A DNA stretch of 64,000 nucleotides from Octopus vulgaris (Eukaryota). Location of the stretch: the NCBI GenBank assembly GCA_951406725.2, contig OX597815.1, positions 157,728,001 through 157,792,000 on the forward strand, written 5' to 3'. Below the pieces are notes generated by a model, which saw nothing but the letters and a program-made list of their open reading frames with translations, ran no database searches and was not told the DNA's origin. The translations under genes and the position numbers were made by a program. Shown here piece by piece: positions 55,631 to 64,000 of this stretch (its first letter is position 1; every line of letters begins with the position of its first letter).

Positions 55631-56053
55631 TTGATATGATCACGAAGATGAAACCTTTCATATTCTTAAATATTTAATAAAATATAGAATGTTTCCGAAT
55701 CATGTGCTGCACAACGACTCTTAATGTGAATGAAAAATGAATTACATTTTGTCCAAAAAAGAAAAAAAGTAAGAAATGTTAAGTGTTCCCTACCGGAAAC
55801 AAGATTAATTAAATGCTAATTTAGTTAATCTTTGGAATCCAACTGAAGGTTTCATTTTCGGGCGTATCAAGAACAAGTAATCTTAACAGGCAACCCCCTT
55901 TCTCTCACTGTCCAAGTTGCGGTATCTATGAGCTGAAATAACACTCTACGACGTTTCCCTGGGAGAAATACTGTGGCCTAAAGTGTTTAAACAAGACGCA
56001 TACATTAAGTATCTGACATCAATAATGTTTACATCATTAGAGCTGATTCCTTA

Positions 56054-56562
56054 AGGCGGAAAGCTGGCAGAATCGTTAGCACGCCGGGCGAAATGTTTAG
56101 CGATATTTCGTCTGCCGCTACGTTCTGAGTTCAAATTCCGCCGAGGTTGACTTTGCCTTTCATCCTTTCAGGGTCGATAAATTAAGTACCAGTTACGCAC
56201 TGGGGTCGATATAATCAACTTAATCCGTTTGTCTGTCCTTGTTTGTCCTCTCTGTGTTTAGCCCCTTGTGGATAGTAAAGAAATAGGTATTTCGTCTGCC
56301 GCTACGTTCTGAGTTCAAATTCCGCCGAGGTCGACTTTGCCTTTCATCCTTTCGGGGTCGATAAATTAAGTACCAGTTGCGTACTGAGGTCGATCAAATC
56401 GACTGGCCTCTTCCCTTCCCACCAAAAAAAAAAAAAAAAGAAAAAAAATTCGTGCCTTGTGCCTAGAGTAGAAAAGAAAATAAGCATCAGTTGAGTACTG
56501 GGGCCGATATAATCGACCTGTCCTCCCCCAAAATTGCTGGCCTTGTGGCAACATTTTAAACC
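56054..56562 (+). mobile_element. SINE A nest showing three different tails in series
   Basis: Tail 1 ends AAAGAAATAG|GTATTTCG (~56286); tail 2 GCCTTGTGCCTAGAGTAGAAAAGA (~56477); tail 3 GCTGGCCTTGTGGCAACATTTTAAACC (~56562). Confidence 0.88.
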
Positions 56563-56699
56563 ATTAATAGAGTTGCTTGTAACTCAAATGTACTTATGCA
56601 GTGTATTTTGCACATCAGAATATAGGTTTTACGCTATCTGCATATATACCTCAGACCGGCCATTTGAATTCGTTTTCATGTAATATAGATCGCTTGCCA

Positions 56700-56862
56700 T
56701 TACACATTCTTTATTTTCTCACCTTGTTTCTTTCTGTGTTCCTTTCTGTGGAAGAGCGTAGGATCGAGACGTTAAAGACTTTTTCACTTCCTGAGCGTTA
56801 TACTAATACATCTGTTTGTTGTCTTCACCACCTGTCTTCGTCTTTTTTGTGTGTGAATTCCT

Positions 56863-56865
<3 letters not shown>
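56700..56865 (+). repeat. Small repeat, also present inverted at ~29030-29105, with hammerhead-like remnant
   Basis: GAGCGTTATACTAATACATCTGTTTGTTGTCT..ACCACCTGTCTTC shared; GGAAGA-GCGTAGGATC-GAGA-CGT-TA. Confidence 0.5.
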
Positions 56866-56910
<45 letters not shown>

Positions 56911-56986
56911 ATACTTTAATTGTTCCACCTCTTTGTGTTGTTGTCTTTTCTGTTTTCTCGTTTGGATTAACCTTATATATATATAT

Positions 56987-57053
<67 letters not shown>

Positions 57054-57054
<1 letters not shown>

Positions 57055-57170
57055 TAGCAGTACAACCCGGCTTTGCCCGGGATTAAGTTAAGGATTATTA
57101 AGCTAATCAAGTTCTTTATTTCAAACCAAAGTAACATCGACGTCAAATTTGGACGAAATCCGTTGAAATT

Positions 57171-57224
<54 letters not shown>

Positions 57225-57665
57225 TAGATATAGGCATATGTATATATATATATATTGGCAACACACGTACGTACATACACCTATTGCATACATATTTTTT
57301 GTACGCAAACATGTTCGTGTGTGTTTGTGTGTGTGTTGTCCGTATATCAAAAAAACACCTTTTTCCTCGATGGAAAAGACAACAAAAGTCTTAACAAAAA
57401 CTTACTCGTCGCTTGAAGGGGACTTAACTCCTCTTTGCAAACAATGGTGATTTCGCCGACTTGAAAATTGTAAAAAAGTTTAGTTGAAAATTTATTTTTA
57501 CTGCTATTCGCTGGTGCCTCTGGAGAAAATAAATTGACGAAAATACAGCTAGGGTCATGTCGAATGTTGAATTGGAGCGACATGCGTGCTAATTTGTGGA
57601 CGTGCATAAATTACATTCACGTACACACACACACACACACACATACTGCCTTTTATATATACAGA
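57054..57665 (-). mobile_element. Probable non-autonomous Helitron (may be composite)
   Basis: CTAG + CCCGGC-TTT-GCCCGGG hairpin at 57054-57081; CTGCCTTTTATATATACAGA end resembles 27841-27856. Confidence 0.55.
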
Positions 57666-58614
57666 TATGAAGCATGTCAAAGTGATATTTAATAATTTGT
57701 AGAAATCCGAGAACTCAGGGGTAGCTGTTGTAAGTTCAAATCTCACTAGAATAAGCAACCCCTTTTTTCTCATCCCGTATGTCTGCTTGTGTGTTCACGC
57801 ATAAGTGAGTTTGTATGTCATTGTTAAGTTTTATTTGAAGATTGCTTGCCATTAGAGATAGAGCCGATTTCTAACCCAGATCCAAGGCTCCTTCATTGGA
57901 ATTCCAACATCAACAACAGGGTATTTTTCTTTGTATGTATGTATGTATGTATGTATGTATGTATGTATGTATGTATGTATGTATGTATGTATGTATGTAT
58001 GTATTTATGTATGTATGTATTTATGTATGTATGTATGTATGTATGTATGTATGTATGTATGTATATGTGTAGATTTGTATCAGAGTATTTGTATGAGACG
58101 GACTAGTGCCCCAAATTAACAACAGGCTAGAGGTTAGCAATCAATATATATTATTTAGCTACATTTGGATGCTTGTAGATTCATTTTTGATAACATGCTC
58201 ATGTATTATGAAAAAAATGCTCGTATAATACATAACTTAGAAGTAGTGCTGCGGATGTGCCAACACACACGAGCTTGAGACTTGACCGCCCTCACGCACT
58301 TCTCATGAGGAATTCCGGAAGGGGCTTCGAGAGACCACTGCAGTGACGCTTCCGGAAAAAAAAATCAGTAACCTTTGGAAAACCGATTATAGCAGTGACT
58401 CGATCAATTCCTAGCGATATCTGAAGACGGAACTTTTATATTCCGAAATATTATTATTATATCAGACTATGAATAATTAAATTATAACAGTTATTATAGT
58501 CCTCTCTGCATTGTTGTGCCATTCAAGACACGTTATACTTCGCAGATTTGTATGCTTTGCTTTATGTTTGTATTCTCATGTATACAGTTGCATATCGAGA
58601 CATACTCATATATA

Positions 58615-58950
58615 AATGATAAACTTCTGGAAAGTTTTACAGATTTTTACAGTGCCAGTAATGGATTGGATCTGTAGTCTTCGAATTAGCTTTTTCCTTT
58701 CTGGTTTTGAAAAGCCTAATTTCTCAAGATTGGTATTTAGGCAGTGTTATTTATCACAGGTCCCCAATAATTACAGGTATAAATCTGAACTTGTAATCTG
58801 GATAGAATAACTGCAGATTTCTCAATAGTTTAGCGTAGGTATTCTCTTATCTTCAGGTTTGTATTAACGTCCGCTGGGCAGCTAATTTCCACAACTGCAC
58901 ACAGTTTCTCTTCTCTATCCCAAATCATTATATCAGGTCTATTGTGCTTA
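58615..58950 (-). pseudogene. RLE-type (R4-like) LINE C-terminal fragment, second family
   Basis: KHNRPDIMIWDREEKLCAVVEISCPADVN..; KLIRRLQIQSITGTVKICKTF. Confidence 0.75.
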
Positions 58951-59266
58951 CATGTATGTATGCATGCATGTGTAGGCATGTACGCGCGCGCGTGTGTGCT
59001 TGTATAATATATGTATACATGTGCGAATGTGTGAGTGCATCTAAGTGTGTTTGTATGCATGCTTGTATATGTGTGTATGTGTGTGTACATAAGTGTGCTT
59101 GCGCACATGTGTATACATATGCATTTATGTATGCGTGTGTATGTGTGTACATACGTGTGTTTGTGTACATATGTATACATGTACGCAAGTGTGTGTATAA
59201 AAGTATGTTTACGTGCATGTGTATAAGTGCCTGAGAGAGAGGAGAGAGAGGCGGAGAAAGAGCGCA

Positions 59267-59311
<45 letters not shown>

Positions 59312-59644
59312 TGGGTGGCGATGTTTACAAGCATCACAGCACCTGCATGTTGCATAAAGGCTATTTATTGGATTTAGTAGTAATTTAAATTTCCTTTACC
59401 GTTGCAACAGAATTATTTTCAATGGTTCGTTCTACCTAAATTGTTATTCAGAGAAAACATCAAGAGATTGAGTGGCTCCTTTCACAACAATACAAGACTC
59501 TGGTCTACTCCGCTTCTATTGTATAAATATGGATATTATTACACAGAAATGTGTATTTAAATATGCATACAATCATGCATTTAAACAGATACCTATGCAT
59601 ATGTGCGTGGGGGCATGGAGTGTGCAGTGCATATGTATAATTGT

Positions 59645-59677
<33 letters not shown>

Positions 59678-60362
59678 CATGTGTGTGTGTGCAGATATGG
59701 GAAGAGATTTTAATGTAAACATATTGTACTGAAAACATGGCTGTTTTAGCTTTATCTTTTTTATCGACTTTTTTCTTTCGTTCATATTTCATGAGATCCC
59801 AGCAGTTTGCCAATCCTTCAAAATTTCAAGATCTTCACGGTCTCATCTTCTGGAATGTGTTGTTGGCTCTTTATAGTGGGATCGGTGCAGCCACTACCGC
59901 CGGAATTTGAATTTCATTATCTGTTCATCTTAATTTGTGATTAGTGTTAATGGCCTCTGTGTAAGTTTAGCGTTCTACAATGCTTCGTTTTGTAGGACTA
60001 TAGTTTTACAACACAGTTGAGTTCTATGGAGTTATTTTATACCTTAAGAAAGATAGCAATTTGAAAACGATTATCCATTCATTCGTCGAGGTATGTCGAA
60101 ACGTTGTACACTGATGAAGTAGGCTGGAACAATTATACTGTTTCCGGTTGAAACGAGCTGGTGGAGCATATAGTGAGTTCAGTTTTCAGGAACAGGACCT
60201 GTCATAATACTAAATAGGTATTCTACATTTATCTGTTTTGTAGGATTTTTTAAACTTTCTTACTTCTGTTCGATATTTATCATGTCGACTAACGTAACAG
60301 ACTGAATATACTAAATTATTACTAACTAGTCATCGAATACATTGTGGTATTATATGAGCATG

Positions 60363-60759
60363 TGTGGAGGCGCAATGGCCCAGTGGTTAGGGCTGCGGAC
60401 TCGCGGTCGTAGGATCGCGGTTTCGATTCCCAGACCGGGCGTTGTGAGTGTTTATTGAGCGAAAACACCTAAAGCTCCACGAGGCTCCGGCAGGGATGGT
60501 GGTGATCCCTGCTGCACTCTTTCACCACAACTTTCTCTCACTCTTACTTCCTGTTTCTGTTGTACCTGTATTTCAAAGGGCCGGCCTTGTCACTCTCTTT
60601 GTCACGCTGAATATCCCCGAGAACCACGTTAAGGGTACACGTGTCTGTGGAGTGCTCAGCCACTTACACGTTAATTTCACGAGCAGGCTGTTCCGTTGAT
60701 CGGATCAACCGGAACCCTCGTCGTCGTAACAGACGGAGTGCTTCCAAAAAAAAAAAAAA
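60363..60759 (+). mobile_element. SINE C1, full length, poly(A), 11-bp TSD ATATGAGCATG
   Basis: A-box TGGCCCAGTGGTTAG, B-box GTTTCGATTCCC; TSD 60352-60362 and 60760-60770. Confidence 0.92.
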
Positions 60760-61341
60760 ATATGAGCATGCGCGTGTGTATGTTTGCGTGTAAGTACGTA
60801 TGTGTGTGTGTGTTTTATCTATACGCTAGCATCAACACTGAAAAGTAAATAAATCACTTGGATGATTACATAAGTCAACGTCCCCATCTCTCAACGTAAC
60901 CACACTACTCACACTATGCTCTAATTCCTTCTGTTTTTACTCAAAATGACCATAGATTATTTGTGTAATTTAGTAATAACTAAAACATATAAAACACATA
61001 CAGCACAATCGACAAAGTATAAGAATTAGTAACATGTTTACAGACAGATGACAAAATAGGACACAATTCGACATAGTAGTATTCCATCTTCTTGATAGAA
61101 TTCTGAATGAAAGCGATTGACTTTATTATGGTTGATGTTTTGCAATGATCTCGCTCCTCATATCTACATTATTATGTAGTGCAAGGATCATGATCAAGCT
61201 ATTAAATAATTGGAGGAGTGTGAATTTGTTTTCTTTCTGAGCAAAAAAGATATATTCTTTGTTTTTGTAAGTTGTATCAACACAATTATGGTCTGCACAC
61301 TCGAAGTCATTAATACGGTGGGGTGTGAAGGCACTAAACTC

Positions 61342-61376
<35 letters not shown>

Positions 61377-61523
61377 GTATATGTGTGTGTATGTGTGTTT
61401 GTGTGTTTATACTTGTAGAGGGTATAGTTTGAAGAGAGGATCGTAATGGCGTGACGGTTGAGTCGCGAGACAAACACTCAGCATCACTTTCAGTAAACAC
61501 ACACATACAAACACCCACCCAAC

Positions 61524-61584
<61 letters not shown>

Positions 61585-61611
61585 CTAACTTGAGGGAGTG
61601 GAGCAGGTAAA

Positions 61612-61705
61612 ATCCTGACTACATATGTTTTCTAGCTGGCAGATCCTCGGAAGTAATAGTTACTGAACGAGGGGTACTCCGCTAGCTACTCATCAGGCCG
61701 AAGAT
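61612..61705 (-). ncRNA. Type I hammerhead motif with long stem II
   Basis: Minus: ATCTTCGGC-CTGATGA-GTAGCTAGCGGA...TCTGCCAGCTA-GAAA-(A)CATATG-TA-GTCAGGAT. Confidence 0.68.
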
Positions 61706-61998
61706 ACCTTCATTATATGAAGGTTACATTGTCGTTAAGGAATCCCATGTTAACTCACCGGCGGTATAATTTGAAAATGCTTCTCTCCCAATTTGGATTT
61801 TTATTGTCATTCATAGCAACCCTAGTTGTGAACCATGAACTATATAAAAACTTTTATCAGATTATCGAACTTCGAGACAGAACAGCCTACAAGCTTCGAC
61901 GTCAATAAATTGTTATTGTTCCTGAAAATTGTTTTTATACCTACCACGAACTTCTCAAAGCTTATTAACTTCTTACGCCTAGATCCTTGGATCTTACA

Positions 61999-62107
<109 letters not shown>

Positions 62108-62160
62108 ATTCATACATACATACATACATACATATATACATACATACATACATACATACA

Positions 62161-62233
<73 letters not shown>

Positions 62234-62282
62234 GTAACAGAAAAGAGGAATTTCGATTGTCCCCACGTGGTGGGTTGTAATG

Positions 62283-62732
62283 TATATAAGAAATTAAAAA
62301 AAGGAAAATACGCACACTTACATGGTTTTAATATAATTTTTAATATATCGACCGGTTTCGCTATCGCTATTCATGATATTATGTTTAAATTATTTGAATA
62401 TATATTTTTTCTTAAGAAGAAATTTTTTAAAAACCTGTGTCTATTCTGTACACATATTTAATCCCCACCCATTACCGAAAACTGAACAGTTTTCTCCCTT
62501 ACACACAACAATAACAATAATAACAACCAATTACCTCCCTTTATTTGTCTACTTGTGAAGTCATTCACTCGTGAATTTCATCACACACAACATGGACCAA
62601 ATTTCTTCTTAAGAAAAAATATATATTCAAATAATTTAAACATAATATCATGAATAGCGATAGCGAAACCGGTCGAAATATTACAAATTATATTAAAACC
62701 ATGTAAGTGTGCGTATTTTCCTTTTTTAATTT

Positions 62733-62740
<8 letters not shown>
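62283..62740. mobile_element. Fold-back element (~142-bp arms 62283-62425 / 62599-62740) with a minimal A3-U8 hammerhead in each arm
   Basis: ATATC-ATGAATA-GC GATA GC-GAAA-CCGG-TC-GATAT (minus 62346-62379; plus 62645-62679 with one stem I mismatch); adjacent to (TA)n. Confidence 0.78.
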
Positions 62741-62790
<50 letters not shown>

Positions 62791-63464
62791 GAGAGAGAGA
62801 GAGAGAGAGTAAAACAGAAAAGGAAAGGCAAACAATTTAGCTATATAATAAAAAGTTTACATGGTCTCTAATAACTGTTTCTAGAATAACCCAGCTATTA
62901 TCCCTTCATGTCGAGCGAGGTAGCCGAGTATTCCGAGTATTATGTCTAAAAGGGAGGAGAAATGCAATCAAATGCATTTCTCCTCCCTTTCTAGATAAAA
63001 TGAACCACAATAATTATTATTGATGATAAATATTTTTCTACTCTTTCATATGTTCAACCTTACATATGTTATCTCCTACATATGTTCTCTCTCCGATGAA
63101 GGAATACACGGCCTATGGAATCCTCGCTCGACACAATGTTCAATTAGCTAGGATATTCAACAAACGGTCGTTACAGACGATGTAAACCTTTTATTATATA
63201 GCTAAATTAAATGTTCTTGTCAAGTCTTGCCAAACTGTTTACCTTTTATCCTTTAATCTTTATCTACTGGTTCAAGGAGAAGCTACCTCTAGTCACTTTA
63301 GAAAGGCAGTCACAAAATAATATCATTTGCAGTTCAAGCCGGAATCTTAGTGGCATACCAATTTCAGTACTCAGAGCGCATACATATTCGTTTAAGTCAC
63401 CCTTACGTAAACTCCTCGTATCTTTTTATACATACATACAAACATACATACATACATACATACA

Positions 63465-63496
<32 letters not shown>

Positions 63497-63518
63497 CATA
63501 TATATATATATGTATATG

Positions 63519-63623
<105 letters not shown>

Positions 63624-64000
63624 CAATAATTTAGAGATAAGACGAAATGTAAATTTAAAAATAAATGTAACTTGGCTGATGTAGCATATAAACGTGAAGT
63701 GACTCTGATAGATGATAATGTTAATAGGAATAGTTATAATATAAATGCGATTTACGTGAGGTCGACGACTAATAAAATTAAATTAAGAGTGACTTAACAC
63801 ATGCACTCATTTATGAATAAAGCATTGATTAATTCTACTGGCTTTAGCAAGTATATATGAAAATTAAGTATAATTTAAAATGGGAGATAGTTTGTAAAGC
63901 TAAATCTTATCGAATAGGTAATAATTTTTGTTTATTATGTACAAATGAATTTATGGAGATATTACTATCTAAGAAACGATTAATTAATTTCCATGATGAC

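Noticed and set aside
59825-59945. Candidate host exon (GC-richer stretch after TTCAAG)
   Set aside because: No recognisable protein similarity, convincing splice pair or neighbouring exons
60105-60178. CTGATGA...GAAA hammerhead candidate (also CTGATGA/CTGACGA hits near 14720, 23182, 28882, 30978, 48906)
   Set aside because: Stems I and III or the NUH site cannot be formed convincingly
60363-60435. tRNA gene
   Set aside because: A/B boxes present, but it continues into a SINE body with poly(A) and TSD; the same applies to family A and B heads
62946-62995. 22-bp-arm hairpin as terminator or miRNA
   Set aside because: No supporting context; probably another decayed fold-back remnant

Overview
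AT-rich, microsatellite-dense animal genomic DNA made almost entirely of transposable-element material. The SINE families and (TA)n/(CA)n/(TACA)n density suggest a coleoid cephalopod such as Octopus (inference). I found no supportable host gene, tRNA/rRNA gene or CRISPR array, and most tracked ORFs are microsatellite artefacts. Recognisable content: two mariners (one full length), a maT-like Tc1/mariner, a near full-length decayed RTE LINE, RTE/CR1/R4-Dong fragments, a Penelope-like (PLE) RT/GIY-YIG fragment, an ORF1-only L1/Tx1-like element, non-autonomous Helitrons, a TIR element with TAACCC repeats and three tRNA-headed SINE groups (A, B, C). The most interesting signals are non-coding. (1) About a dozen hammerhead-ribozyme motifs, mostly in fold-back elements linked to the PLE, including C3-G8 to U3-A8 and A3-U8 covariants. 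(2) An HDV-like ribozyme fold with an unusual L3 insertion at the RTE 5' end. (3) Several SINE 3' tails that match LINE 3' ends present in the same window, with compensatory stem changes. (4) A SINE that appears to insert repeatedly at one site inside its own family. All structures were read by eye, and family names recalled from memory need database confirmation.
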